From NCBI GenBank assembly GCA_947632435.1, contig CANRPC010000007.1, positions 15,327 through 79,326 of the forward strand: a DNA stretch of 64,000 nt, read 5' to 3'. Of the stretch, positions 9,384 through 18,980 are shown in pieces; position 1 is the stretch's first letter; every line of letters begins with the position of its first letter. The translations under genes and the position numbers were made by a program. Source of the DNA: an uncultured Bacilli bacterium. Its GTDB lineage: Bacteria > Bacillota_I > Bacilli_A > RFN20 > CAG-449. Under the pieces are notes generated by a model, which did no database searches, had not been told where the DNA came from, and was given only the letters and a program-made list of their open reading frames with translations.

Positions 9384-10301
9384 ATGAACCAATCAAACTT
9401 GCGTAGCGGTCAATTAAGTTCTATAAGAACAAAACTTTTGATTAAAGATTTTCTTTTCTTGTTTTTAACGTACGGAGTTTTATTGATTTTAATCTTTTTA
9501 GATACCATGTATTATGTAAAATATTTAAATGGTGATGATAATTTAGCTTTCTATTATGATAAAAGTTATTTAAACATCACTGTTTTTATTTTATTGTTTC
9601 TTCTTATAATACCTTATTCAATTTTGACCAAAAAAAAATTAAAAAAAGAAAATCATGAATTTAGACAAAAATATTTAAATTATGTTTTTGCTGAATGTGA
9701 ATTAAATGATATTAAATATAAATTCCGTAAAAAAAATTATGATTTTTCATTGAATGATGAATTAGAATCCCAACTTGGGATAAAAAAGATTACTTATCTT
9801 TATTCTCTTTCGGATATTTCTGTAGAAAGAGTTTTAGATTATATGCAGATAACATATAAAAAAGATAGTGAATTAAAATATGGCGTTATTTTACAACTTA
9901 AAACCGATACTTATTTAGATGGCTTTTTACAAATAAGAACTCGAGGCGAACCATTAAAACTTGATTATGAAAATAAAAAAATTCAACGATTTGGATTCTC
10001 ATCATTTAAAAATAAAAGAAGGTTTGAAATTTATTCTTCTTTAGGAAGTAGAACATACGATTTAGATAAACCAGATATAGCTAATCTTTTATTAAAAATT
10101 AGTAATTATTTAAGATCAAATTATTGTATTACTTATAAAAATTCGTTTATTTCTTTATTTATAGAGGATTTTCAATTTAATCTTACTTTAAATTATCTTG
10201 CCTTTACACAAGATGATTTTGAAAAAAAAATAGATTCTTTAATTCATTTGCATGAACTCACAAATGAATTAATGACAACATTAATGAGTTTTAAAGTATA
10301 G
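9384..10301 (+). CDS. Hypothetical membrane-anchored protein with two N-terminal TM helices and a cytoplasmic domain of about 220 aa.
   Basis: The ORF is 305 aa and is preceded by an extended -10 (TGATATAAT) and an AAGAGG RBS. No recognisable motifs were found. Confidence 0.45.
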   Translation: MNQSNLRSGQLSSIRTKLLIKDFLFLFLTYGVLLILIFLDTMYYVKYLNGDDNLAFYYDKSYLNITVFILLFLLIIPYSILTKKKLKKENHEFRQKYLNYVFAECELNDIKYKFRKKNYDFSLNDELESQLGIKKITYLYSLSDISVERVLDYMQITYKKDSELKYGVILQLKTDTYLDGFLQIRTRGEPLKLDYENKKIQRFGFSSFKNKRRFEIYSSLGSRTYDLDKPDIANLLLKISNYLRSNYCITYKNSFISLFIEDFQFNLTLNYLAFTQDDFEKKIDSLIHLHELTNELMTTLMSFKV

Positions 10302-10312
10302 GGGGGTCATGT

Positions 10313-11431
10313 ATGTCACAATGTGAAATGGTGGCGATGCTTTTAGCAGGTGGCAAAGGCACAAGATTACTAGCATTAACAAAAAAAGTAGCAAAACCTG
10401 CAGTTTATTATGGGGGAAAATATCGAATAATTGATTTTCCACTTTCTAATGCCGCGCATTCTGGTATTACTAAAGTCGGTGTATTAACTCAATATGAATC
10501 AGTTGCCTTAAATAATTATATTGGTAATGGCGCTCATTGGGGTATTGATGGCTATTCATCGGTAGCAGGAATATTACCTCCTCGCCAAACAGAAGAAGGA
10601 GCATCATGGTATAAAGGTACAGCGGATGCCATTTGTCAGAATATTGATTTCTTAGATGGAATTAATCCTAAATATGTATTAATTCTTTCTGGTGATCATA
10701 TTTATAAGATGAATTATTCAAAAATGTTACAATACCATAAAGATAGAAATGCTGATTTAACAGTTGCAGTTATCGATGTTCCTTATGAAGAAGCATCACG
10801 TTTTGGTATAATGAATGTAAATGAAGATTTATCGATTTACGAATTTGAAGAAAAGCCAAAAAAACCAAAATCAACATTAGCATCTATGGGAATTTATATT
10901 TTTACGTATAAAACTTTGCGCGATGCTCTTTTAAAAGATGCTAAAGATGAAAATTCTGAACACGATTTTGGCAAAAATATAATTCCAAATTTATTAGCAA
11001 AAAAGAAGCGTTTATTTGCTTATTTATTTAAAGGCTATTGGAAAGATGTTGGTACTATCTCTTCTTTATGGCAAGCAAATATGGATTTACTTACTCCTCA
11101 AGATCCATTAAATCTTTATAATGATGATGGATTTAGAATTTTAACTGAAGATAATCGTGCTTTACCTCAATATGTAGGAAGTAATGCAAAAATTTCTAAT
11201 TCTATAGTAAATCAAGGAGCGGAAGTTTTAGGCAGTGTAAAAAATAGTGTTATCTTTACAGGTGCTTTAATTGAAGAAGGAGCGGAAGTATCTGATTCAG
11301 TTATTATGCCTGGAGCAATAATTAAATCTGGCGCGGTTATTCATAAAGCAATTGTCGCTGACAATGTTATTATAAATGGTTCACGTAAAGAAAACATCGA
11401 TGGTAAAGATGTTGTTCTTCTTGCAAAATAG
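10313..11431 (+). CDS. glgC: Glucose-1-phosphate adenylyltransferase.
   Basis: N-terminal LAGGKGTRL..L....KPAV.YGGKYRIIDFPLSN and a C-terminal left-handed beta-helix repeat. Confidence 0.9.
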   Translation: MSQCEMVAMLLAGGKGTRLLALTKKVAKPAVYYGGKYRIIDFPLSNAAHSGITKVGVLTQYESVALNNYIGNGAHWGIDGYSSVAGILPPRQTEEGASWYKGTADAICQNIDFLDGINPKYVLILSGDHIYKMNYSKMLQYHKDRNADLTVAVIDVPYEEASRFGIMNVNEDLSIYEFEEKPKKPKSTLASMGIYIFTYKTLRDALLKDAKDENSEHDFGKNIIPNLLAKKKRLFAYLFKGYWKDVGTISSLWQANMDLLTPQDPLNLYNDDGFRILTEDNRALPQYVGSNAKISNSIVNQGAEVLGSVKNSVIFTGALIEEGAEVSDSVIMPGAIIKSGAVIHKAIVADNVIINGSRKENIDGKDVVLLAK

Positions 11432-11440
11432 GAGGTAAAT

Positions 11441-12553
11441 ATGGCACGTATTTTAGGTTTATGCAATTTGCATAATGCACCAAAACTTGGTTCATTAACA
11501 GAAAATAGAAGTATTGCTTCAATGTCCTTTTTAGGTCGATATTCATTTATTGACTTTACATTATCAAATTTTGCAAATTCTGGAATCGACCAAATGGGAA
11601 TACTTGTTGAAAGTGAATTACGTTCAATATTAAAACATATTGGTTCTGGTCGTATTTATAATTCAAATACAAAAACAGGATTTTGTTCTGTCATGTTTAA
11701 TGAAAAATTCTCAGATAATAATGGTTATAATAATGATATAGCTAATTTAATTGAAAACCATTGGGTTTTAGATCAATCAAATGCTGATTATATTGTTTTT
11801 GCTCCTTCACATATTATATATCGTTTTAATTTCAAAGAGATGCTTGATTATCATATAAAGAATAAAGCTGCTGTTACAATGCTATATTACAAAGCTAAAA
11901 ATGCTAGAAATAGTGACATTTATCTTGATGAATTAGAACTAGATGAAAATGGACGAGTTTTAACAATAAAAGCTAATAAAGGGGCTAATGAGTCTAGCAA
12001 TATTTCTTTAGATACTTATATTATTTCTCGTAATAAGTTAGAAGAATTTTTAAAACTTGGTCAAAAAACTTCAATGTTTTTTACGCTTCGTGACGTTTTA
12101 AGCTATATAGCAAGTAAAATATATATTTATTCATATGAATATGTAGGTTATGTGCGTTGTATTGATTCGATTAAAAATTACAAAATGTTTTCTTTAGAAT
12201 TATTAAATCACGATGTGTTAAAAAAATTGTTTGATGTTAATTGGCCAATTTACACTTTAACAAATGATACTCCACCTGCAAAATATAAAGAAAACGCTTT
12301 GGTTAAAAATTGTTTTATAAGTAATGGTGCTGTTATTGATGGAACAGTAATTAATTCGATTATTGGTCGTTCTGTTGTTATTGAAAAAGGAGCAGTTGTC
12401 GAAGATTCTATTATTTTAACTGATGCGCACATTGCTGAAAACGTACATCTTAAACACTGTATTATTGATAAATATGCAGAAATTTCTTTGAAAAAAGAAT
12501 TAATTGGTAGTGAGAATATACCGCTTGTTGTTAAAGAAAGGAATAAAATCTAA
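11441..12553 (+). CDS. glgD: Glycogen biosynthesis protein GlgD, a GlgC-like regulatory subunit.
   Basis: GlgC-like fold with a degenerate N-terminal glycine loop (LGLCNLHNAP). It lies immediately downstream of glgC, as in Firmicutes. Confidence 0.8.
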   Translation: MARILGLCNLHNAPKLGSLTENRSIASMSFLGRYSFIDFTLSNFANSGIDQMGILVESELRSILKHIGSGRIYNSNTKTGFCSVMFNEKFSDNNGYNNDIANLIENHWVLDQSNADYIVFAPSHIIYRFNFKEMLDYHIKNKAAVTMLYYKAKNARNSDIYLDELELDENGRVLTIKANKGANESSNISLDTYIISRNKLEEFLKLGQKTSMFFTLRDVLSYIASKIYIYSYEYVGYVRCIDSIKNYKMFSLELLNHDVLKKLFDVNWPIYTLTNDTPPAKYKENALVKNCFISNGAVIDGTVINSIIGRSVVIEKGAVVEDSIILTDAHIAENVHLKHCIIDKYAEISLKKELIGSENIPLVVKERNKI

Positions 12554-13980
12554 TGAAAATTTTAATGGTCGCTGGGGAAGCAAATCCCTTTGTAAAAACA
12601 GGAGGTTTGGCAGATGTCTGTTACTCACTTGCTAAATCACTTGTTAAAAAGAAACATGATGTTTCAATTGTCATTCCCTTTTATAAAAAAATTAAAGATC
12701 AATTATTTAACGAAGCTAAATTAATTAAAACGTTTCCTATTTATATGTCGTGGCGTATTCAATACTGTGGAATATATAAATATATTTATGAAGGAATAAC
12801 ATATTATTTTGTCGATAATGAACAATATTTTTATCGTGATGGTATATATAGTTTTGATGATGATATTGAAAGATTTGCTTATTTTGATTTAGCGGTAAAT
12901 GAAATGCTTTTTAATTTAGATTTACAATACGATATTGTTCATCTTCACGATTGGCAATCTGGTATGTTACCTTTATTATTCAAAACTGATTTTCGTGTAA
13001 ATTTATCAACATATAATCCTAAATTTGTACTTACAATTCATAATCCTGCTTTTCAGGGAAAATTTGATCCATATTATTTAGGTGATTTCTTTAATTTATC
13101 ACGAGAATTTTATGATAATGGAACTGTTAGATTTGATGAATGTTGTTCCTTTTTAAAAGCAGCAATAGTTTTATCAGATAAAATAACAACAGTATCATTA
13201 ACTCACGCGAAAGAATTATTAAATGGCGACCATGCTTACGGACTTGATAATGTTATTAGATTTAGAGATCAAGATTTTATTGGAATTACTAATGGTATAG
13301 ATTACGATGAATTTAATCCTAGTAAAGATAAATTTATAAAAAATTATAATGTTAATAATGCCTATGAAATTAAAAAAATTAATAAAATTGAACTTTTAAA
13401 ACAATTTAATTTAAAAAATCCTAATTTACCTTTATTTGTGGTGGTGTCACGTTTAACATTCCAAAAAGGAATCAGTTTAATTCTTGATGCTATTCCTCAT
13501 ATATCAGGAAAAGCAAATATCTTTATTTTAGGTTCGGGCGAAAAAGATTTAGAAGATCGTGCAGAATTTTTAAGAAAATGTTATTCAGAAAATTTAGCTA
13601 TATATTTAGGCTATAATGATGAATTAGCGCATAAATTATATGCTGCTGGTGACTTTTTCTTAATGCCTTCACTTTATGAACCATGTGGAATAGGTCAAAT
13701 GATTGCCCATCGATATGGAACATTACCAATTGTAAGAAGAACAGGTGGTTTAATTGATACTGTTAATGGTTATGATGGCACGAATAAAGAATTTGCTGAT
13801 GGACTTGATTTTAACGATTATGCACTTCAAGGATTATTAGGCCCATGTATGTCCGCGCTTGATATTTTTAAAAAAGTTGATCTTCATAAAAAACTTATTG
13901 TTAATTCTATGAAAAGAGTTCATGATTGGGATACATCAACAGAAAAATATATTAAGATGTATAAAGATTTATTAAAATAA
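12553..13980 (+). CDS. glgA: Glycogen synthase (ADP-glucose type).
   Basis: N-terminal KTGGLADV, and start/stop overlap (TAATG) with glgD. Confidence 0.9.
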   Translation: MKILMVAGEANPFVKTGGLADVCYSLAKSLVKKKHDVSIVIPFYKKIKDQLFNEAKLIKTFPIYMSWRIQYCGIYKYIYEGITYYFVDNEQYFYRDGIYSFDDDIERFAYFDLAVNEMLFNLDLQYDIVHLHDWQSGMLPLLFKTDFRVNLSTYNPKFVLTIHNPAFQGKFDPYYLGDFFNLSREFYDNGTVRFDECCSFLKAAIVLSDKITTVSLTHAKELLNGDHAYGLDNVIRFRDQDFIGITNGIDYDEFNPSKDKFIKNYNVNNAYEIKKINKIELLKQFNLKNPNLPLFVVVSRLTFQKGISLILDAIPHISGKANIFILGSGEKDLEDRAEFLRKCYSENLAIYLGYNDELAHKLYAAGDFFLMPSLYEPCGIGQMIAHRYGTLPIVRRTGGLIDTVNGYDGTNKEFADGLDFNDYALQGLLGPCMSALDIFKKVDLHKKLIVNSMKRVHDWDTSTEKYIKMYKDLLK

Positions 13981-13990
13981 AATATTACAA

Positions 13991-14024
13991 ATAGCATTTA
14001 GGTTTCTGAATGCTATTTTTTTTA
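13991..14024 (+). terminator. Rho-independent terminator after glgA.
   Basis: ATAGCATT / AATGCTAT stem (8 bp) with a 10-nt loop and a T8 run. Confidence 0.5.
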
Positions 14025-14064
14025 ACTTATTTATTTTTTATTCATATATTAAATAGGTGAAATT

Positions 14065-14529
14065 ATGCGTATTCCTTTTATTGGTTTTGGTAATGAAGAT
14101 GTGATTTATAATCTCAATTATGAACCATTTTTCTTAAATGAAATTGAAACAATTATCTTTAAATATATTTTACTTTTTAAAAAAAATGAAGTAGAAAAAT
14201 TTATTGCTTTTTTTAAAAAATGTAATAGTTCTATTGAGGAAATAGAAAATAATAAAAAACTAGTTTTCAATAAGGATGTGGAATTATATTTAGATGATAA
14301 AGCAAAAGATAATCAATTTTTTGCCCATATTACTCATGATAAAAAAATTTCTAAAGCAGATTTAGATATTCTTGATTACTATTTAAAAACATTTTTTGAT
14401 GCCATATATGATGTACATATATCGCTAGATAAAACATGTCCATTTGCGATATCATTTTCTTTTAGTTTCTATCAAGATAAAATTAAAGAGATAAATATGA
14501 AACGTTATAAGCAACTTTCTTCTAATTAA
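14065..14529 (+). CDS. Hypothetical protein (154 aa).
   Basis: Its N-terminus MRIPFIGFGNED resembles an internal segment (IEIPFIGFPLHN) of the downstream 679-aa regulator, suggesting a paralogous fragment. Confidence 0.35.
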   Translation: MRIPFIGFGNEDVIYNLNYEPFFLNEIETIIFKYILLFKKNEVEKFIAFFKKCNSSIEEIENNKKLVFNKDVELYLDDKAKDNQFFAHITHDKKISKADLDILDYYLKTFFDAIYDVHISLDKTCPFAISFSFSFYQDKIKEINMKRYKQLSSN

Positions 14530-14652
14530 TTTTAATAACGTTTTTTTAATAAATACATCTTTAAATCAAACAAATTCTCATGTTGTTTACAAATAAAGGT
14601 TATGTTAAACTAAATTTATAAATAAATAATAAATTACAAGTAGGTGGATTAA

Positions 14653-16692
14653 GTGGTAACAATTAAAGATATAGCAAAAAAGGCAGGTGTATCTTCTGGT
14701 ACTGTATCAAATGTTTTAAACAAAAGAGGCAATACAAGTTTAAAGAAAATACAATTAGTTGAGCAAGCAGCAAAAGAACTTGGATATTTTTTTAATGAAA
14801 CCGCTAGTTCGTTGAGGACAAATAAAAAAAGAGATATAGCTTTGATTGTTCCTACACTTAATAATTCCTTTTATCAAAAAATATTTGATATTATTTATCA
14901 TGAATTTATTAATACAAATATTAGAATTAATATTTTAATTACTAATTTTAATCCTCAAACGGAACAAAATATTGTTAATCAGTCTATTGCAAATAATAAG
15001 TATTTAATAATTGCTTCTTGTTTAAAAGATAATTCGGAATTTTATGAAAAAATAACTAGTTCTGATACTAAATTTATTTTTATTAATTCCTATCAAAAGA
15101 GTATAAATAATACTTTTGTTTCAATTTCTAATAATTATGCACAACTATTTAATGATATTAATAATATTATTCAAGAAAATAAATATAAAAAGATTTTATT
15201 TTTTACTGATAAAAAAATCCCTCAATCACGACTTATTGATGGTGATGTGACTACTTTAGTATCATATAATGAAGTAAATGATTTATCTAATGCTATTGAA
15301 TTATTGTATTCTAATGAATTTGATTTAATTATTACTACTTCAATTAAAAAATATCAAGCTATAAATTCGGCGACAAAAATATTAGCCAAAAATAATTTTG
15401 CAAAAATAATTTCTATTGTAGATAGTGATAACTTTTCTAATAATGAAGTAATTCCTTATTATCAAAATGTAAATGAATTCATTATTAACATAATTAATAA
15501 TATTATTAATGAAACTAAAGTTAATAAAATTGAGATTCCTTTTATCGGTTTTCCTCTTCATAATAAGAAAACTCCTCATGGTGAAAGTATAAATATTTTA
15601 ATGATTGAAAGTCCAGCAACTTTAGCGTTAAAAAAGATAAAACCATATATTGAAAAAAAATTAAATTTCAAGATTAATATTGATGTTATAAAATATGATG
15701 AATATGACAAATTAAAAAATGATGATTATGTTAGTAATTATGATTTAATTCGTATTGATATGGCATATTTACCAGAAATTGCACCAAAGATATTTAAACC
15801 TTTAAATAAACAATTTTATAAATTAAGTGAAAAGCTAATTGATAATCTCAATGAATATATTTTTGTAAAAGATGTTGTATATGCTTTACCTTTTGATGTT
15901 TCTTGTTTAGTGATGATGTATCGTAATGATATTATTAACAATCAATTAATTGAAAGACAATTTTATGAACAAACAAAATGTGTAAATATAATTCCAAATG
16001 ATTATGAAACATATCATACTTTAGAAACTTTTTTTCAACAAAATTATCGCGATATATTTTTTACAGGAACAGTATGTTTAGGCTCATCAATTACTGCAAG
16101 TAATGAATTTCTAATGAGAATAGATAAAAATTATATTTTTAAAGATACAAAACTAGATGTTGATGATCCTGTAGTTAAAAAAGCCTTAGATAGTTATTTA
16201 CATTCTGCTTCTCATTCAAAAAAATTAACTAATAAATTCTGGGATGATGTTGCTTTAGAATATGCAGAAGGACATACAGTTTTATCGATAGTGTATTCAA
16301 ATTATATTAATTTGTTAAATAATGTGAAAAATGATATTTTGTTTAAAACAAGCTTTTGCCAACCACCAAACAATACTTCTTACATTGGCGGAGGTGTTTT
16401 AGGTCTTACAAAATCATCAACAAAAGAAGAACTTGTTTATAGTTTTCTTGAAACTTTATATAGTGATGAAATTAGTAAATTATTAACGCAACTTGGAGCA
16501 TTATTACCTACAAAAAATATTTACAATAACTTTGAATTAACTACGATGTATCCTTGGATAAAACTAATTCCTAAAGCACTTGCTTCAAATAAAAGAAGAA
16601 GAATAAACGCTAATGGTAAAGAATTTAATACTATTGAATTTGAAAGAGAAATTGGTAGACAAGTAAGAAAATATATTTTAGATAATTTGTAA
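14653..16692 (+). CDS. LacI-family HTH transcriptional regulator carrying a very long sensor region of about 620 aa, with periplasmic-binding-protein-like and solute-binding-like portions.
   Basis: The N-terminus VTIKDIAKKAGVSSGTVSNVLN...AAKELGY is a canonical LacI HTH. The protein is 679 aa, about twice LacI length, with no TM segments. It has a GTG start with a TAGGTGG RBS. Confidence 0.65.
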   Translation: MVTIKDIAKKAGVSSGTVSNVLNKRGNTSLKKIQLVEQAAKELGYFFNETASSLRTNKKRDIALIVPTLNNSFYQKIFDIIYHEFINTNIRINILITNFNPQTEQNIVNQSIANNKYLIIASCLKDNSEFYEKITSSDTKFIFINSYQKSINNTFVSISNNYAQLFNDINNIIQENKYKKILFFTDKKIPQSRLIDGDVTTLVSYNEVNDLSNAIELLYSNEFDLIITTSIKKYQAINSATKILAKNNFAKIISIVDSDNFSNNEVIPYYQNVNEFIINIINNIINETKVNKIEIPFIGFPLHNKKTPHGESINILMIESPATLALKKIKPYIEKKLNFKINIDVIKYDEYDKLKNDDYVSNYDLIRIDMAYLPEIAPKIFKPLNKQFYKLSEKLIDNLNEYIFVKDVVYALPFDVSCLVMMYRNDIINNQLIERQFYEQTKCVNIIPNDYETYHTLETFFQQNYRDIFFTGTVCLGSSITASNEFLMRIDKNYIFKDTKLDVDDPVVKKALDSYLHSASHSKKLTNKFWDDVALEYAEGHTVLSIVYSNYINLLNNVKNDILFKTSFCQPPNNTSYIGGGVLGLTKSSTKEELVYSFLETLYSDEISKLLTQLGALLPTKNIYNNFELTTMYPWIKLIPKALASNKRRRINANGKEFNTIEFEREIGRQVRKYILDNL

Positions 16693-16781
16693 AATTAAAA
16701 AGAGTTTTAGTAAATAAATATTATTTATTACTAATTCTCTTTTTTTTTACTTTAGGGAGAATTGTCGTAAAAAATAAAATA

Positions 16782-16810
16782 TTGACACGTTTCAAAATTG
16801 AATATATAAT
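16782..16810 (+). promoter_or_regulatory. Consensus sigma-A promoter upstream of the EEP lipoprotein gene.
   Basis: TTGACA, a 17-nt spacer, then TATAAT, about 30 nt upstream of the start codon. Confidence 0.6.
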
Positions 16811-16840
16811 GAAGTTAGAAATTAAGAAGGAGTTTATCTT

Positions 16841-17758
16841 ATGGATTTTCTTAAAAAATGTAAGCGCTTACATATATACGCTTTAACCTTACTTTGTCCT
16901 TTATGTGTTTTTGGTTGTTCGCAAAATAAGCAACCTAAAAGTGAATTTGTATTAAATGCTATGTCTTTTAATATGAAATTTGAAAATCAAACAGGTGGGG
17001 GAGATCCTATACACACATGGGCAAATCGAAAAGGTGGTATTGCAGAATGTTTGAACAATTATAATGTCAGTATTGTTGGCACTCAAGAATTAGAAGGATG
17101 GCAATATGATGAATTGATGAGTTTACTTGGTGAAAATTGGTCAGGAGTTGGTCTTCCACGTTTTACAATTGATTCGGAACGTTCTTCGATTTTATATCGT
17201 AATGATGTATTAGAATATCTTGAAGGCGAAACAATTTGGTTATCAGAAACACCATCTGTCGTGGGTTCAAAAAGTTGGGATTCTTCTTTGCCAAGAATTT
17301 TGACATATGGTAAATTTTTGCATAAAGCATCTAATCAAGAATTTTATTATTTTAATACTCACTTAGATCACAAATCAACTCTAGCAAGAGAAAAGCAATT
17401 AGAAGTTATTTTGTCATATATGGAAAAATATAGTGACTATCCTGAATTGTTAACAGGTGATTTTAACATGAATATTGATGCTGAACAATTTAAACCAATG
17501 ACTGATAAATCTGATATTTATGGAAATACTTTTGAACCATTTTTAGATGAATTTGGTGAAAACATGAAAACAACACATGGATTTAATGGAGGTATAAAAG
17601 GAAAACCAATTGATTTTATTTTTTATACCAAAGCTAATTTGACAGTTGAATCAACACAAATTATTCATGATTTATATGAAGATAGATTCTATTTGTCAGA
17701 TCATTATCCCGTTTTTTCTGTCTTAAAGTTAAACAAAATTGATCAACAAGAAAAATAA
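16841..17758 (+). CDS. Endonuclease/exonuclease/phosphatase (EEP) family lipoprotein.
   Basis: The signal peptide ends in the lipobox VFGC. EEP-like catalytic segments include ...GTQE..., ...NTHLDH... and ...SDHYPV... at the C-terminus. Confidence 0.7.
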   Translation: MDFLKKCKRLHIYALTLLCPLCVFGCSQNKQPKSEFVLNAMSFNMKFENQTGGGDPIHTWANRKGGIAECLNNYNVSIVGTQELEGWQYDELMSLLGENWSGVGLPRFTIDSERSSILYRNDVLEYLEGETIWLSETPSVVGSKSWDSSLPRILTYGKFLHKASNQEFYYFNTHLDHKSTLAREKQLEVILSYMEKYSDYPELLTGDFNMNIDAEQFKPMTDKSDIYGNTFEPFLDEFGENMKTTHGFNGGIKGKPIDFIFYTKANLTVESTQIIHDLYEDRFYLSDHYPVFSVLKLNKIDQQEK

Positions 17759-17891
17759 TTTAAACACAAAAATTTAGATTTAGATTTATAACTATTAATT
17801 ACAAATATATTTATAATTTAATCATTGTCGCGACGTTAAATATATAAAATCTAAGTACATAATAATAGTTAAATAAAATGAAAGGATTAAA

Positions 17892-18971
17892 ATGAAAAAG
17901 AAAATTATATTATTAGCTTCATTATTAACCGCTGCAAGTTTATGTTCTTGTAGTAATGGTGGTGAAGTAACAGGTGAAGATGGATTAGTTTACGCTAAAA
18001 GTATTATTGTTTATACAAATCAAACTTCTGGAGGTCGAGGGGCACAACTAGAAGCTATGATTGCAAAAGAGAATTTTCCATTTAGCGTAACACTAGTTGA
18101 ATTAGCTGGGCAAAATTTAAAGAACAGATTAATTAATGAAAAGAATAATCCATTTGCAGATGTTGTTTTAGGTGGATCAACAGCAGAATACATTGAATTA
18201 AAAAAAGAACAAGTTATTACACCTTACGCCCCATCTTGGAAAGTTAATATTGATGAAGAATATTATGAAAGTGAAAACTATTATACCGCTTGGGCAGTTG
18301 AACCATTGTATCTTTGTTACAATACAAAATATTTTACAAATGATCCTGCTAAAGTAACTTCATCAGTTAGCTTAGCACCAACTGGTTGGGAAGATTTAGC
18401 AAAAAATTTTAAGGGAAAATATAATGTTTTCAAACCAAGTTCAACTTCTGGTTCGATTATTTATTCATCAATTCTATGTAAATATAAAGATGATAATGGA
18501 ACTTTAGGTATTTCTCAAGAAGGTTGGAACTTCTTAGGCGAAGTAATAAATAATGGCATTCTCGATAATGGTTTATGGCAAGCAAACTTGGCAGGAAATA
18601 AAGCACCTATTGCAATGTCGTGGGCAGGAGCAGTTCTTGAAGTTGAAGATGCTTATGATGTTGATTTAGAAGTTGTTGTTCCTGATGAAGGCGTACCAGC
18701 AACTATTTCACAAGTTGCTTTATCTAATGTAAAAGACCAAAAACGACTTAATGCTGCGAAGAAATTTATTGATTGGTGGGGTGATGCTAAAACCCAAATT
18801 GAATGGGCAAAAATATCATGTCAAGCACCATTAAATAAATCTGCGATTGATCAAGTTGATCAAAAAGTTAGAGATATTGCCGATGTCAAAATAATGGATT
18901 TAGATTGGGAATTCATTGCTAATTATTCAAGTCAATGGCGAGAATATATCGAATTAAATATTTTAGATTAG
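17892..18971 (+). CDS. ABC transporter substrate-binding lipoprotein (family-1 solute-binding, Fbp/Pot/Thi-like).
   Basis: Signal peptide with lipobox (ASLCSC), size of about 360 aa, and position as first gene of an ABC operon. Confidence 0.65.
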   Translation: MKKKIILLASLLTAASLCSCSNGGEVTGEDGLVYAKSIIVYTNQTSGGRGAQLEAMIAKENFPFSVTLVELAGQNLKNRLINEKNNPFADVVLGGSTAEYIELKKEQVITPYAPSWKVNIDEEYYESENYYTAWAVEPLYLCYNTKYFTNDPAKVTSSVSLAPTGWEDLAKNFKGKYNVFKPSSTSGSIIYSSILCKYKDDNGTLGISQEGWNFLGEVINNGILDNGLWQANLAGNKAPIAMSWAGAVLEVEDAYDVDLEVVVPDEGVPATISQVALSNVKDQKRLNAAKKFIDWWGDAKTQIEWAKISCQAPLNKSAIDQVDQKVRDIADVKIMDLDWEFIANYSSQWREYIELNILD

Positions 18972-18980
18972 GAGAATTAT

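Noticed and set aside
12250-12432. Antisense 60-aa ORF within glgD.
   Set aside because: It is embedded antisense in a conserved gene with no RBS.
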